A DNA stretch of 64,000 nucleotides from Cenarchaeum sp. (GTDB lineage Archaea > Thermoproteota > Nitrososphaeria > Nitrososphaerales > Nitrosopumilaceae): positions 128,001 to 192,000 of the forward strand of contig OZ242221.1 of NCBI GenBank assembly GCA_965206845.1, given 5' to 3'. Both the position numbers and the translations under genes were made by a program. Shown here in pieces: positions 18,885-29,171 of this stretch (position 1 is its first letter; every line of letters begins with the position of its first letter). A model generated the notes under the pieces. It worked only from the letters and a program-made list of their open reading frames with translations, made no database searches and was not told where the DNA came from.

Positions 18885-18891
18885 TATATAA
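18885..18891 (+). promoter_or_regulatory. TATA box of the ribosomal protein cluster (leaderless or short-leader transcript)
   Basis: TATATAA ending 28 nt before the rpl3 ATG. Confidence 0.55.
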
Positions 18892-18918
18892 TACGGCAGG
18901 CGTCATTTTTCGTTTGTC

Positions 18919-19902
18919 ATGGGACATCGGAAGCACAGCCAACCCCGCAGGGGAAGCATGGCATACTATCCCCGGGTGCGCGCCAGAAGAATGTGGGCGC
19001 GCATAAGAGGCTGGCCCGAGATTGAGTCCTCACAGTCCCAGATGCTGGCTCACGTCGGGTTCAAAGCAGGCTGCGTTCAGATTGTAAGTATTGACGACCG
19101 GGAGCATGTCCCAAACCGCGGAAAGCAGCTGGTAACACTGGGCACCGTGATTGTAACTCCGCCGGTAACCGTAATGGGAGTCCGCGGATACTCCAAGGAT
19201 GCCTACGGCATGCATGCAGAGTTTGACGTGATGGCAGATGATGTCCCAAAAAAGATCTCAAAGTATACCGAGATCAGGGGCGGTACGCCACTGGATGTTG
19301 CTAGAAAGATGCTGCCAAGGATAACCGAGATCTTTGCGCTAATAGCAGTGTCACCCCGGGCCGCAGGCTTGGAGCAAAAAAAACCATACATGTTTGAGAG
19401 CCCCATCAGATGCGGCAGTGTCGAGTCCCAGTTTGCGTTTGGAGTGGAGCGCCTGGGAAAGGAGATAAAGTTTGGCGACGTCTTTCAGACCGGCGCCATG
19501 GTAGATGTTGGGGCCATCACCAAAGGCAAGGGATGGCAGGGTGTAATTCAGAGGATGGGCGTAAAGCGCAAGCAGCACAAATCCCGCAAGACAGTAAGGG
19601 AGGTTGGCTCGCTGGGCCCCATATCTCCCCAGAGTGTAATGTATACTGTACCACGGGCAGGCCAGATGGGATTCCACCAGCGTGTTGAGTACAGCAAGAG
19701 GATTATGATAATCGGAAACACCGAAGAAGGTGCCGTAGGCCCGCCAGGAGGATTCAAGCACTTTGGGGACGTGAAGGGCGACTATATCATAGTAAAGGGA
19801 TCTGTTCCCGGGACATACCGCCGAATGATAAAGATAAGATCACCCATCAGAAACATACCTGCCAAGGTTCTCAAGCCAAACATACTAGAGGTCGTGACAT
19901 GA
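18919..19902 (+). CDS. rpl3: 50S ribosomal protein L3
   Basis: PRRGSMAYYPR, GFKAG, TKGKGWQG, RAGQMGFHQR. Confidence 0.97.
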   Translation: MGHRKHSQPRRGSMAYYPRVRARRMWARIRGWPEIESSQSQMLAHVGFKAGCVQIVSIDDREHVPNRGKQLVTLGTVIVTPPVTVMGVRGYSKDAYGMHAEFDVMADDVPKKISKYTEIRGGTPLDVARKMLPRITEIFALIAVSPRAAGLEQKKPYMFESPIRCGSVESQFAFGVERLGKEIKFGDVFQTGAMVDVGAITKGKGWQGVIQRMGVKRKQHKSRKTVREVGSLGPISPQSVMYTVPRAGQMGFHQRVEYSKRIMIIGNTEEGAVGPPGGFKHFGDVKGDYIIVKGSVPGTYRRMIKIRSPIRNIPAKVLKPNILEVVT

Positions 19903-20708
19903 GCGTACCGGTATATTCGATAACGGGAACAAAGGAGGGCGAGATCGAGCTTCCGCCGGTGTTTCAGACGCCCTACAGGTATGATATAATACACAAGGCC
20001 CACACCAGCTTGTACTCACACGGATTTCAGCCAAAGGGAGTTCACCCCACGGCGGGCCAGGACGTATCCGCAGACAGTCTGGATCCGCCCACGGGACACG
20101 GCCGGTCCAGAGTTGCAAGGATCCGCGGGGGCGGAAGAAGACAGGGCCAGGCAGCAGAGGTGGCATCCACGCGCGGTGGAAGGCAAGCACACCCGCCAAA
20201 ATCCCAGAAGGTTATTTACAAAAAGCTGAACAAAAAAGAGAACAGGCTGGCGCTGTGTTCTGCCATTGCTGCCACTGCCTCAAGAGAGATAGTCGAGTCC
20301 CGCGGTCACAAAACCGACGGCATACAATCGCTTCCCATCGTAGTGTCAGATGATGCCGAGTCAATCTCAAAGACAAAGGACCTGGCACGGATGCTAGACG
20401 CGCTGGGCTTGAGTCCAGACATGGCGCGTCTTGAGAGCAGAAAGGCCCGCTCCGGAAAGCCATTGCTGCGTGGAAGATCCAAAAAGACCGGCAAGAGTGC
20501 CCTGCTTGTGGTCAAGTCGCCAGAACTGCTCTCCCGGGCCTGCGGCACCCTTGCTGGCATCCAGGCAGCAGACGTACGGAACATATCTGTGCTGGATCTG
20601 GCCCCAGGATCGGCTCCTGCAAGGCTTGTAGTGTACACAAGGGGGGCAATAGAAGAGCTGACAAAGATACAGTCTCCACATCTGGAGCTGATGGTGACGA
20701 TGGGATGA
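19899..20708 (+). CDS. rpl4: 50S ribosomal protein L4
   Basis: LPPVF, TRGGRQAHPPK, LDLAPG. Confidence 0.97.
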   Translation: MSVPVYSITGTKEGEIELPPVFQTPYRYDIIHKAHTSLYSHGFQPKGVHPTAGQDVSADSLDPPTGHGRSRVARIRGGGRRQGQAAEVASTRGGRQAHPPKSQKVIYKKLNKKENRLALCSAIAATASREIVESRGHKTDGIQSLPIVVSDDAESISKTKDLARMLDALGLSPDMARLESRKARSGKPLLRGRSKKTGKSALLVVKSPELLSRACGTLAGIQAADVRNISVLDLAPGSAPARLVVYTRGAIEELTKIQSPHLELMVTMG

Positions 20709-20971
20709 ATGTAGAGCAGGCATACAGAGTAATACTCGGAACCCATACCACGGAGAAGACTTTTCCCATGGTGGAGAACGAAGGCAAGATCTGTTTTATT
20801 GTGGAGCGGAATGCCACCAAGAACAAGATTGCAGAGGCGGTAAGGGCATTGTACGAGCAGGACGCAATACGCATCAACACTGCTAGAACCGTACGGGGCA
20901 AAAAGGCCTTTGTAAAATTCAAGGATGTAGGTGTCGCAAGAGATCTTGCCACAAAGATGGGAATGCTATAA
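20705..20971 (+). CDS. rpl23: 50S ribosomal protein L23
   Basis: TEKT, ATKNKI, KKAFVK; operon position. Confidence 0.95.
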   Translation: MNVEQAYRVILGTHTTEKTFPMVENEGKICFIVERNATKNKIAEAVRALYEQDAIRINTARTVRGKKAFVKFKDVGVARDLATKMGML

Positions 20972-21013
20972 TAATGGCGGAGCTGAGCGCGTTCTTATAA
21001 CGGTGAAGATGGC

Positions 21014-21409
21014 ATGGTAAGAAAATTCGAGTACAGGGGAATAGAACAGGCGGAGCTTGAAGCGCTCCCGCTGACAAAGATCTTTGAGCTCTTCAACTCT
21101 AGGCAGAGGCGTTCACTGACTAGGGGCATTACAGACGGCAAGAGAAAACTGATCGAGGAGATCAAGTCAGCCAAGGCAGGAAAAGAGGCAGGCCCCATCA
21201 AAACCCACGTTCGGGACCTCATCGTACTGCCATATATGGTCGGGGCCACGATCCAGGTGTACTCGGGAAAAGAGTTTCAGCCTGTTACCATATCCGTAGA
21301 GATGATCGGTCACTATATCGGAGAATATGTAATTACAAACAAAAGGGTAAACCACGGAGCCCCTGGCGTAGGGGCGTCAAGGTCTAGCCTGTATGTGCCG
21401 CTGAAGTGA
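21014..21409 (+). CDS. rps19: 30S ribosomal protein S19
   Basis: IKTHVRD, VYSGKEF, MIGHYIGE, GASRSS. Confidence 0.97.
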   Translation: MVRKFEYRGIEQAELEALPLTKIFELFNSRQRRSLTRGITDGKRKLIEEIKSAKAGKEAGPIKTHVRDLIVLPYMVGATIQVYSGKEFQPVTISVEMIGHYIGEYVITNKRVNHGAPGVGASRSSLYVPLK

Positions 21410-21415
21410 TCAGAT

Positions 21416-21874
21416 ATGGGAGACTACGGATATGCCTTTGAATCATTTGACCCGAAAATCCATGTCCGAGCATCCATGAGGGAGCGGCAGATATCGCACA
21501 AACATGCAAGGGAGATTGCAGTACACATCAAAGGCTCATCCACAGAAAAGGCGCGGGACTTTCTGTTGGCAGTGATAAACCTTGAGAGGGCCGTGCCGTT
21601 TCGAAGATACAAAACACAGGTGGGCCACAAGTCCGATCCAGGCGTAATGTCTGGAAGGTACCCGCAAAAGGCCGCAAAAGAGTTCATCAAGCTGCTGGAC
21701 AACTTGGAGACCAACGCAGAATACAAAGGAATGGACACGGACAGGTTGCAGATCATAAACGCAACGGTTCACAAGGGGATAAAGATCCGTCGGTTCATCC
21801 CCCGTGCCTTTGGCAGGGCGACACCCAAGAACAACATACTTACCCATGTGGAACTGGTGGCGCGGGAGAAGTAG
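21416..21874 (+). CDS. rpl22: 50S ribosomal protein L22
   Basis: [24 protein letters not shown]. Confidence 0.97.
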   Translation: MGDYGYAFESFDPKIHVRASMRERQISHKHAREIAVHIKGSSTEKARDFLLAVINLERAVPFRRYKTQVGHKSDPGVMSGRYPQKAAKEFIKLLDNLETNAEYKGMDTDRLQIINATVHKGIKIRRFIPRAFGRATPKNNILTHVELVAREK

Positions 21875-21876
21875 GC

Positions 21877-22626
21877 ATGTCGGCGGTAAAGAGCGTAATC
21901 AAGGACAACTACAACATGATGTTGCTCCGGGACTATCTCCGCGAGAAGATCAAGGAGTCGGGGTTCTCTCACGCCAGTATCTCAAAGTCACCCACTGGCA
22001 CCAAGATTATTTTGCATGTTACGAGGCCGGGAATAGTCATAGGGCGGAAAGGGTCAAGCATTAGGGAGCTTACAGAGAGATTAGCAACGGACTTTGGGCT
22101 GAAGAACCCCCAAATTACCGTGAACGAAATTCCACAACCCGAGCTCTCGCCAAGCGTGATGTGCAACAGAATGGCAGCGCACTTGGAACGTGGAACTGCC
22201 TTCAGGCGGGCCACCATGTGGACCATGCAGCAGATCATGCAGAGCGGTGCCAGAGGAGTCCAGATCTCGATATCCGGAAAGCTGCGGGGTGACAGATCCG
22301 CGTTTGAAAAGCACACCCAGGGGATACTGCCCAGGGCCGGCCAGACGGCCAAGGACATAGTATCTGAGGACGTGGTGCATGTGAAGACCCCCATGGGACT
22401 CATCGGCATCAAGATACGAATTGCCATCGAAAAGAACTACATACCCGACTTTAAGATGAAAGCCCACAAGCCAGAACCGGTCAAGACAGTTGCTCCGGAA
22501 CCGGTCGGTGCCGATACGACAGAGCCTGCCAGGCCGGTAGCCAAGACCGAGTCTGAACATACGGCCATAGGGGAGAGCAGGATAAAGGAGATCGACATTG
22601 AAGTGAAGGCGGAGATCAAGCAATGA
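21877..22626 (+). CDS. rps3: 30S ribosomal protein S3
   Basis: KH motif [17 protein letters not shown]; Pro/Glu-rich tail. Confidence 0.97.
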   Translation: MSAVKSVIKDNYNMMLLRDYLREKIKESGFSHASISKSPTGTKIILHVTRPGIVIGRKGSSIRELTERLATDFGLKNPQITVNEIPQPELSPSVMCNRMAAHLERGTAFRRATMWTMQQIMQSGARGVQISISGKLRGDRSAFEKHTQGILPRAGQTAKDIVSEDVVHVKTPMGLIGIKIRIAIEKNYIPDFKMKAHKPEPVKTVAPEPVGADTTEPARPVAKTESEHTAIGESRIKEIDIEVKAEIKQ

Positions 22627-22826
22627 GTCGCGTCAGGATGAAAGCCATCAGGGAGATGAGCGAGGAAGACATCAAGGACAGGATCCAAGAGTTCCGCACG
22701 GAGCTGCTAAAGCTGCGAACCAACGCTGCCAGCGGCACGCTTCGCAAAGACAGTGGCAGGATCAGGCCGCTGCGGCGAGACATTGCCAGGATGAAGACCA
22801 GGCTAAACGAGATGAAGAAGAGATGA
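22623..22826 (+). CDS. rpl29: 50S ribosomal protein L29
   Basis: [14 protein letters not shown]. Confidence 0.95.
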   Translation: MSRVRMKAIREMSEEDIKDRIQEFRTELLKLRTNAASGTLRKDSGRIRPLRRDIARMKTRLNEMKKR

Positions 22827-23086
22827 TCACGGTAGAGAATATTGCGTCCCACGAGCTTGTAGGACTGCACGCGCAAGTTACAGGCTCGTCCAACAAGTGC
22901 CTGATCGGGTTGCAGGGCGTTGTGGCAGACGAGACAAAGTCCATGCTCTGCCTCAGGGACGGCCGCCGCAGGATAATGGTTCCCAAGGCGCACAGCACAT
23001 GGAGGTTTACGGTGAGGGGCTGCCGCATTGTGCTTGATGGCAGCATGATTCAAAAGAGACCGCACGAGAGGTTGGGAAGAAGATGA
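22823..23086 (+). CDS. rnp1: ribonuclease P protein component 1 (Rpp29/POP4)
   Basis: HELVGL, G.V.DETK, VPK, RPHER; conserved position between L29 and S17. Confidence 0.9.
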   Translation: MITVENIASHELVGLHAQVTGSSNKCLIGLQGVVADETKSMLCLRDGRRRIMVPKAHSTWRFTVRGCRIVLDGSMIQKRPHERLGRR

Positions 23087-23412
23087 CACGAAATATCGGA
23101 CTGCCGGTAAAAGATCCGGGCCGCAACGCGGATGCCGGCGACGCAAAGAACCCATTCAACGGTACCTTGTCGGTAAGGGGCAAGCTCTTTGAGGGCACCG
23201 TGGTAAGGGCCTCTGCAAAAAACACGATAGTCATAGAGAAAGAGTCCCCCATCTATTTTACCAAATTCAAGAGATATGCCAGGGCCAAGAGCAGGATCCA
23301 TGCCCATGTGCCGTCCAACCTACAGGTAAGTGAGGGCGATCGGGTTCTGGCTGCTGAGTGCAGGCCACTTGCCAAGTCAGTATCGTTTGTTGTAGTGGAG
23401 GTTCGAAGCTAG
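23083..23412 (+). CDS. rps17: 30S ribosomal protein S17
   Basis: NIGL, PFNGTLSVRG, ECRPLAKS. Confidence 0.96.
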   Translation: MTRNIGLPVKDPGRNADAGDAKNPFNGTLSVRGKLFEGTVVRASAKNTIVIEKESPIYFTKFKRYARAKSRIHAHVPSNLQVSEGDRVLAAECRPLAKSVSFVVVEVRS

Positions 23413-23846
23413 TGTCACAGGGGCGTAGCCGCGGCAAGGCAAAGGGCGTCGAAGAGTTCCGTCCCTACGTTACCCGGGCACTGCCCGTAGGAGCTCGGAT
23501 CACATGTGCGGACAACACGGGAGCGAAGATACTGGAGATTGTAATGGTGCAAAAGATAAAGACCCGTGTTTCGCGGTTGCCTGCCGCGGCGGTGGGCGAC
23601 TTTGTAAACGTTGTAGTGAAGAAGGGACCGGCGGAGCTCAGAAAGCAGGTGTGGGGAGCCGTGATAGTGAGGCAAAAGTATCCTGTCAGGAGGCTCAACG
23701 GAGTCCGTGTTGCCTTTGAGGACAACGCAGGTGTATTGACCACAAAAGAGGGAGAGGTCAAGGGCACCGACATAAAGGGACCCGTAGCCGCAGAGGCGTC
23801 CGAGAAGTGGCCTAGGCTGGCAAATTTAGCCTCAACGGTGATATAG
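23412..23846 (+). CDS. rpl14: 50S ribosomal protein L14
   Basis: [20 protein letters not shown]; GTG start at 23412. Confidence 0.96.
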   Translation: MSQGRSRGKAKGVEEFRPYVTRALPVGARITCADNTGAKILEIVMVQKIKTRVSRLPAAAVGDFVNVVVKKGPAELRKQVWGAVIVRQKYPVRRLNGVRVAFEDNAGVLTTKEGEVKGTDIKGPVAAEASEKWPRLANLASTVI

Positions 23847-23847
23847 A

Positions 23848-24513
23848 ATGAAGCCAACAAAGATGAGAAACCGGCAGATATACAAGGCAACTTTCAAGGT
23901 GCGCAGTGGCCAGGTGGGAGCCCCGCTGTCAGACGAGCTGCGGGAGAGGTACGGCAGGCGCTCAGTCAGGGTTGTAAAAGGCGACAACGTGTCTGTGATG
24001 CGTGGCGTGTACAAGGACATCCAAGGCAAGATTGCCCGGGTCATGGTATCTACAGGCAGGGTCGCCATCGAGGGCATAAAGAAGGAGAAGGGAAAAGGGG
24101 ACAAGATCGACATACTGATTCACGCGTCAAACCTTGTGGTTACCTCGCTGAACACCAATGACTCTAAGAGGATGGCAAAGATAGACAAAAAGGGCCAACC
24201 ATCAGGGGATGCAAGCGGGATCACGGAAGCAGCAACGGACAAAGTGGCAACAGATGCAAGCACAAGTGAGATCAAGGAAGCGGCGGCCGGTGGGATCAAA
24301 GAAGATGCGGTGACAGATGAGTCAGCAGGCAGGATCAAGGAAGATGTAGCGTCGGATGCAAGCACAAGTGAGATCAAGGAAGCCGCAACAGGTGAGAACA
24401 AAGAGGGTGCAGTAGCAGATGAGTCAGCAGGCAAAAACAGGCCCGATACGAAAAGCAATGAAGCAGATACGAACAGTAAAATGCATGAACAGCAGACCGG
24501 TGAGAGTAAGTAA
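23848..24513 (+). CDS. rpl24: 50S ribosomal protein L24 with long acidic repetitive tail
   Basis: [18 protein letters not shown] (KOW), IHASNL; about 105-aa low-complexity extension. Confidence 0.93.
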   Translation: MKPTKMRNRQIYKATFKVRSGQVGAPLSDELRERYGRRSVRVVKGDNVSVMRGVYKDIQGKIARVMVSTGRVAIEGIKKEKGKGDKIDILIHASNLVVTSLNTNDSKRMAKIDKKGQPSGDASGITEAATDKVATDASTSEIKEAAAGGIKEDAVTDESAGRIKEDVASDASTSEIKEAATGENKEGAVADESAGKNRPDTKSNEADTNSKMHEQQTGESK

Positions 24514-25229
24514 TGGTTAGCATTTCAGGAAGCAAGAAGCTCAAGAGACAGATGGCCCCGCTCTTCTGGGGAATCGGAAGAAAGGAAAAGTGTTTTGTGG
24601 TTACGGTAAGGCCAGGCCCACACTCTAGGCACTATTCCATCCCATCGGCGGTATTTCTGCGTGATACTTTGGGCATCGTATCTTCGCTGCGGGAGGCCAA
24701 GACGGCAATCTATGGCGGCGGAGTGTCTGTTGACGGAGTCAAGCGCAAGTCGTTGCATCACGGCATCGGACTCATGGACGTAGTCCAACTGAAGAACATG
24801 CCAGAGGCGTACAGGATGGTGCCCTCTGACGGAACGCTTCTCAAACCCATCGTCATCAACGAGTCAGAGAAGAACAGAAAGCTCTGCAGGGTAATCAGCA
24901 AGACCGTCACCCGTGGGCAGAAGATGCAGATCGGATTGCACGACGGCCGCTCCATAATATCGGACATCGCGGTGAACGTGGGTGACACACTCCTACTGCA
25001 GGTGCCAGATCAGAAGGTTCTAGATGTGATACCACTGGCAGCCGGCTGCCAGGCAATAGTAATCGGCGGTGCAAACGCGGGCCAGACTGGAACCGTGCAA
25101 GAGATAAAAGATGGCACATTTGTCCTTCCCAGGATGGCAACTATAGAACTGGGCCAAAGAACGATACAGATTCCCACCGGAATCATAATGGCAGTGGGTC
25201 GGGAAACCCCGTCGATTCAAATCAGGTGA
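24513..25229 (+). CDS. rps4e: 30S ribosomal protein S4e
   Basis: LKRQMAP, PGPH, GLMDV, LHDGR. Confidence 0.96.
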   Translation: MVSISGSKKLKRQMAPLFWGIGRKEKCFVVTVRPGPHSRHYSIPSAVFLRDTLGIVSSLREAKTAIYGGGVSVDGVKRKSLHHGIGLMDVVQLKNMPEAYRMVPSDGTLLKPIVINESEKNRKLCRVISKTVTRGQKMQIGLHDGRSIISDIAVNVGDTLLLQVPDQKVLDVIPLAAGCQAIVIGGANAGQTGTVQEIKDGTFVLPRMATIELGQRTIQIPTGIIMAVGRETPSIQIR

Positions 25230-25233
25230 TAAC

Positions 25234-25755
25234 ATGGCGCAAGAGACACAGAATATCATGAAGCAGATATACCTGGACAAGGTGGTTCTGAACATGGGGG
25301 TGGGCAAGTCCGGCCCGGCCATAGTGGCAGCCAAAAAGGCCCTAGATCAGATATCGGGAAGAAAGTCCTGCCCCAGGGATGCTCGGGAGACTCAGAGAGA
25401 CTTTGGTGTCAGAAAGGGAGAGCCCATCGGCGCGGCCGTCACGGTACGGGGAGAGGAGGCCACAGCACTGCTCAAAAGGCTCCTTCAGGCCAAGGGAAAC
25501 GTGGTACGGGCCAAATCCTTTGACAGCTTTGGAAACTTTTCCTTTGGGATTGCCGAGCATATCGACATACCTGGCGTCAAGTACGATCCCGAGATAGGAA
25601 TTCTCGGTATGGACGTGGCAGTCTCCTTGCAGAGGCCAGGATACGCAATACGCAAGAGAAGCAGGCACAAGGCAAGGATCGGCAAGACCCACAGGGTATC
25701 TGCGCAGGAGGCAAGGGACTATATCGTAAGCCAGTTTGGGGTGAATACAGAGTAA
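25234..25755 (+). CDS. rpl5: 50S ribosomal protein L5
   Basis: KVVLNMGVG, FGVRKGEPIG, GNFSFGI.EHID, YDPEIG. Confidence 0.97.
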   Translation: MAQETQNIMKQIYLDKVVLNMGVGKSGPAIVAAKKALDQISGRKSCPRDARETQRDFGVRKGEPIGAAVTVRGEEATALLKRLLQAKGNVVRAKSFDSFGNFSFGIAEHIDIPGVKYDPEIGILGMDVAVSLQRPGYAIRKRSRHKARIGKTHRVSAQEARDYIVSQFGVNTE

Positions 25756-25934
25756 TGCCAAAGGACAGATCTTACGAGTTTACCGGAAGAAAGAAGCACT
25801 CCTTTGGACGCGGCTCCCGATGGTGCAAGAGGTGTGGTGACTACACCTCCGTGATACAAAAGTACAAGCTCATGCTGTGCCGCCGATGCTTCAGGGAGGT
25901 AGCAGAATCTTTGGGATTCAGGAAGAATATGTGA
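25755..25934 (+). CDS. rps14: 30S ribosomal protein S14, zinc-binding (not in ORF track)
   Basis: Manual translation MPKDRSYEFTGRKKHSFGRGSRWCKRCGDYTSVIQKYKLMLCRRCFREVAESLGFRKNM*. Confidence 0.95.
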   Translation: MPKDRSYEFTGRKKHSFGRGSRWCKRCGDYTSVIQKYKLMLCRRCFREVAESLGFRKNM

Positions 25935-25939
25935 TCATC

Positions 25940-26332
25940 ATGCCGGCAACAAACATTCTAGCAAATCTGTTCGTGACCCTGTACAACTCCGAGGCGCGAA
26001 GAAAGAACATGTGCCTGGTGCACCCCACATCCAAGCTGGGAGTCGAGGTGCTCAAGACCCTGCACCGCGGGGGCTACATCGGCGAGGTGGAGCATGTAGA
26101 TGACAAAAGGGGCGGCAAGTTCAAAATATCCCTTCTAGCAAAGATAACCAAATGCGGCGCCATATCGCCACGCTTCAAGGTGGGAAAGGACGAATACCCC
26201 TACTGGGAGCAGCAGTACCTGCCTTCGTATGATAGAGGCATGTTGCTTGTAACCACAAACAAGGGTGTCATGTCACACCACGACGCGATCAACCACAAGA
26301 TAGGAGGATTTCTGATAGGATATGTCTACTAA
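25940..26332 (+). CDS. rps8: 30S ribosomal protein S8
   Basis: GYIGE, CGAISPR, TTNKGVMSH, IGG.LIGYVY. Confidence 0.96.
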   Translation: MPATNILANLFVTLYNSEARRKNMCLVHPTSKLGVEVLKTLHRGGYIGEVEHVDDKRGGKFKISLLAKITKCGAISPRFKVGKDEYPYWEQQYLPSYDRGMLLVTTNKGVMSHHDAINHKIGGFLIGYVY

Positions 26333-26870
26333 ACTAGAGAAGCTGGAGGTGCAGGTGGAGATTCCCGAGGGGGTCAGCGCCAGCATAACCGGCCACATAC
26401 TGACGGTAAAGGGCCCGTTGGGAAAGACCCACAGAAGCTTCCGCAAGATACCGGTGGGCTTGACTATAGACGGGGGAGCCATAACCGTCAAGGCCCTGGG
26501 AGGACGAAAGAGGGACTATGCCATAATGAACACGGCAAGATCCCTCGTTCGCAACATCTGCCAAGGGGTCGTATCCGGATACACCATAAAGATGAAGATA
26601 GTGTACGCACACTTTCCTGTCACTGTAAAGCCGCAAGACGACAAGGTCATGATCGAGAACTTTCAAGGTGAGCGCTCTCCCAGAGTGGCAAATATCGTAG
26701 GAAAGACAAAGGTCCAGGTGGTAGATGAGGACGTAGTCGTCACCGGACATGTACTGACAGACGTCACACAAACGGCTGCCAACATACACCTGGGGACACG
26801 GATAAAGAAGAAGGATCACAGAGTATTTCTAGACGGCATCTACGTCTACGAGAAGACCACGGGGATATAA
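26322..26870 (+). CDS. rpl6: 50S ribosomal protein L6
   Basis: IPEGV, VKGPLG, YAHFP, NFQGE, RVFLDGIY. Confidence 0.97.
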   Translation: MSTKLEKLEVQVEIPEGVSASITGHILTVKGPLGKTHRSFRKIPVGLTIDGGAITVKALGGRKRDYAIMNTARSLVRNICQGVVSGYTIKMKIVYAHFPVTVKPQDDKVMIENFQGERSPRVANIVGKTKVQVVDEDVVVTGHVLTDVTQTAANIHLGTRIKKKDHRVFLDGIYVYEKTTGI

Positions 26871-26877
26871 AACCGGC

Positions 26878-27165
26878 GTGACGCTCGACGGCGAATTCAA
26901 AAGGCAGACAACGAAGCTGATCGAGGATACGCTGCAGCTGTACAAGAAAGCCGGGGCATCACCCCGCGTAAGTGACATCTGGAATGTGGAGAAGATCGGC
27001 GACTTTCTGTGTGGGTTCTTTGTAGGCGAGATGGTCGGCTCGGCCCTGAGCGCATTTCAGGTGTTTCACGGACGCGAGCCCACCCCAGGGGAACATATGG
27101 AAATTGTGGAGATCGTAGAGGGATATTCCGGCGAGATCAGCGAGTTCTTTGCCAGGTTCAACTAA
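26878..27165 (+). CDS. conserved hypothetical protein
   Basis: 95-aa ORF co-oriented and 7 nt after rpl6. Confidence 0.7.
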   Translation: MTLDGEFKRQTTKLIEDTLQLYKKAGASPRVSDIWNVEKIGDFLCGFFVGEMVGSALSAFQVFHGREPTPGEHMEIVEIVEGYSGEISEFFARFN

Positions 27166-27282
27166 GGTAACCAAATCCCGTCTACCGTCATGTCGGCACA
27201 AGCCCGCATGCCAGGCGCTCTAGCCAGAAGAACCAGGTTCGCGCAAGGATTAAATCGCATCTGCCTGCACTGCAATTCGGTT

Positions 27283-27356
27283 GCCGCCCTAGCTCAGCGT
27301 GGTAGAGCGTCGGACTGTTAATCCGTTGGTCGACAGTTCAAGTCTGTCGGGCGGCG
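27283..27356 (+). tRNA. tRNA-Asn (GTT), intronless, CCA not encoded
   Basis: Acceptor GCCGCCC/GGGCGGC, D arm GCTC/GAGC, anticodon loop CTGTTAA, T arm GACAG-TTCAAGT-CTGTC; TTAAAT about 28 nt upstream. Confidence 0.97.
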
Positions 27357-27763
27357 CCTTTACCTTACTGAAGACTCTTGCTACGGCTGCGCGCGTATGA
27401 GAAAGTCCAAAGACATGCAGGAGAACGGCTGGTACCCGCACATGGCTGCGCGCATCAAACCAAGGCACGCGAGGATGTCGCAGGGACTGACAGGTTCCCG
27501 GCCAACTCACAACCGGCACCGGTGGCAAAAGACCGGCCATGCACGGCCTGCTGTCCGGTAGCGCCACCAGGGTTATCCCTGCCGGCATACGTGGTCTGCA
27601 CGATCCCCGCCGGGAGAGGGCAAGATAGCTCCGGCCTGGTGGAAGGGAACGCGGCCGCGGCGCGCAGAAAACGGCTCAAAGCCCAGAACGGACTGGTGAT
27701 TTCATGCTTTGTTCAGTTATGTAGACATCAAGATCTAAATACAAGATACCGTCATATCCCGGT

Positions 27764-28003
27764 ATGTCAAGAGTAAGGCGGGTAAACCGATACTGCATAG
27801 ACTGCGGGGCGCGTCTGGTGTACTATCCCCGGCTGTCAAACCCCAAGGCTCCAAACGAGCATCGCGTTCTGGTATATGCATGCCCGGACTGCACCGCCGA
27901 TTTTGAAAAGCCCAAGATCTTCTCAATACGCCGCAACCAGGTGGAGGATCCGCTAGAGACAGTAGAGGTCGGGATTACGCAGACGCCGCGCTCAAAATCC
28001 TAG
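27764..28003 (+). CDS. zinc-ribbon hypothetical protein
   Basis: YCIDCG...YACPDC. Confidence 0.75.
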   Translation: MSRVRRVNRYCIDCGARLVYYPRLSNPKAPNEHRVLVYACPDCTADFEKPKIFSIRRNQVEDPLETVEVGITQTPRSKS

Positions 28004-28196
28004 CATCCGCGGTCACGCGCCTGATGCCATGGATGCGCCAGAGGCAGGTACGCAACCCAGATCCGCGCCAGCCGATGTCATCCACCGCAAACAGCCAAGG
28101 CCACAGGCAGTAGTGGCAAGAGCCAGTGTGCGCCCGGCGGCCGTTTGAAGGCGTCTGATAGAATGATATTATATGGCTGCTGCCCGGATACAGTAC

Positions 28197-29171
28197 ATGG
28201 TAGTAAAGTTTGCCATTCCAAAGGGAAGCCTTGAGGAGGCCACGTTCAAGCTGCTTGAGAATGCGTGGACCAGGGTCAGCCGCAAGAGCAGGACGTACCG
28301 CGTTTTCCTTGACGATCCCGATATAATGGTAAAGATGCTCAGGCCCCAGGAGATACCCACCCTGGTTGCCGAAGGCCTGTACGATGTAGGCATCACCGGA
28401 AAGGACTGGGTAGGCGAGACCAAGGCCGATGTAAAACCGATGCTGGATCTCGAGTACGGCAAGATACGGCTGGTGGTGGCATTTCCCGACCACTATACCT
28501 ACGACAGCCTCGATGCCATGATCGCAGACTATGCAGAGAGCGGAAGGATTTTGAGGATCTCATCAGAGTATCTCACCACCGCCGCCCGATACATCAAGGA
28601 ATGTCCATCGTATGTGAAACACTTTGGGGGCAATGATCCTGCAATTGTGACACCGTGGCTCCGGTTGGGAACCAACGAAAGAGTCCAGATTCATCTCTCC
28701 TTTGGCGCAACCGAGGCCAAGCCGCCGGAGGACGTGGATGCCATAATAGACGTTACAGAGACCGGAACGACCTTGGCGCAGAATGGCCTCAGGATATCTG
28801 AACAGGTACTCGAGTCCAGCGCGCACCTCATAGCAAACAACAAGTCCCTGGCCGATGCCTCCAAACGGGAGAAGATATTTGACATAGTCACCATGCTGCG
28901 GGGAGCTGTGCACGGGAGAAAGTACCTGCACATATACCTCAACGTGGAGGCCAAGAACTTGGATCTGCTCCTAAAGCAGATACCGTCACTCAAAAAACCG
29001 ACCATATCTCCCCTGGTGGAGGACGGATGGTACGGCGTCAACACGGTCATCAAAAAGTCAGAGTACCATGGACTGATCCCCAAGCTTCGCAGGATAGCGC
29101 AGGGCCTGGTAGTCCACGAACCGCGCCAGATTCTTGAGCTGGAAGAGATAAAGCGTGACGAGGAGAATTGA
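28197..29171 (+). CDS. hisG: ATP phosphoribosyltransferase, long form
   Basis: AIPKGSL, RPQEIP, DVGITGKDW, GATEAK, ETGTTL..NGL, PTISPL. Confidence 0.96.
   Translation: MVVKFAIPKGSLEEATFKLLENAWTRVSRKSRTYRVFLDDPDIMVKMLRPQEIPTLVAEGLYDVGITGKDWVGETKADVKPMLDLEYGKIRLVVAFPDHYTYDSLDAMIADYAESGRILRISSEYLTTAARYIKECPSYVKHFGGNDPAIVTPWLRLGTNERVQIHLSFGATEAKPPEDVDAIIDVTETGTTLAQNGLRISEQVLESSAHLIANNKSLADASKREKIFDIVTMLRGAVHGRKYLHIYLNVEAKNLDLLLKQIPSLKKPTISPLVEDGWYGVNTVIKKSEYHGLIPKLRRIAQGLVVHEPRQILELEEIKRDEEN

Noticed and set aside
20971-21014. rpl2 missing between rpl23 and rps19; cluster ends after rpl6
   Set aside because: Split ribosomal clusters are usual in Nitrososphaerota; this is not evidence of gene loss.
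27283-27760. tRNA-Asn as an integration site
   Set aside because: No duplicate of the tRNA 3' end and no integrase seen in the window.
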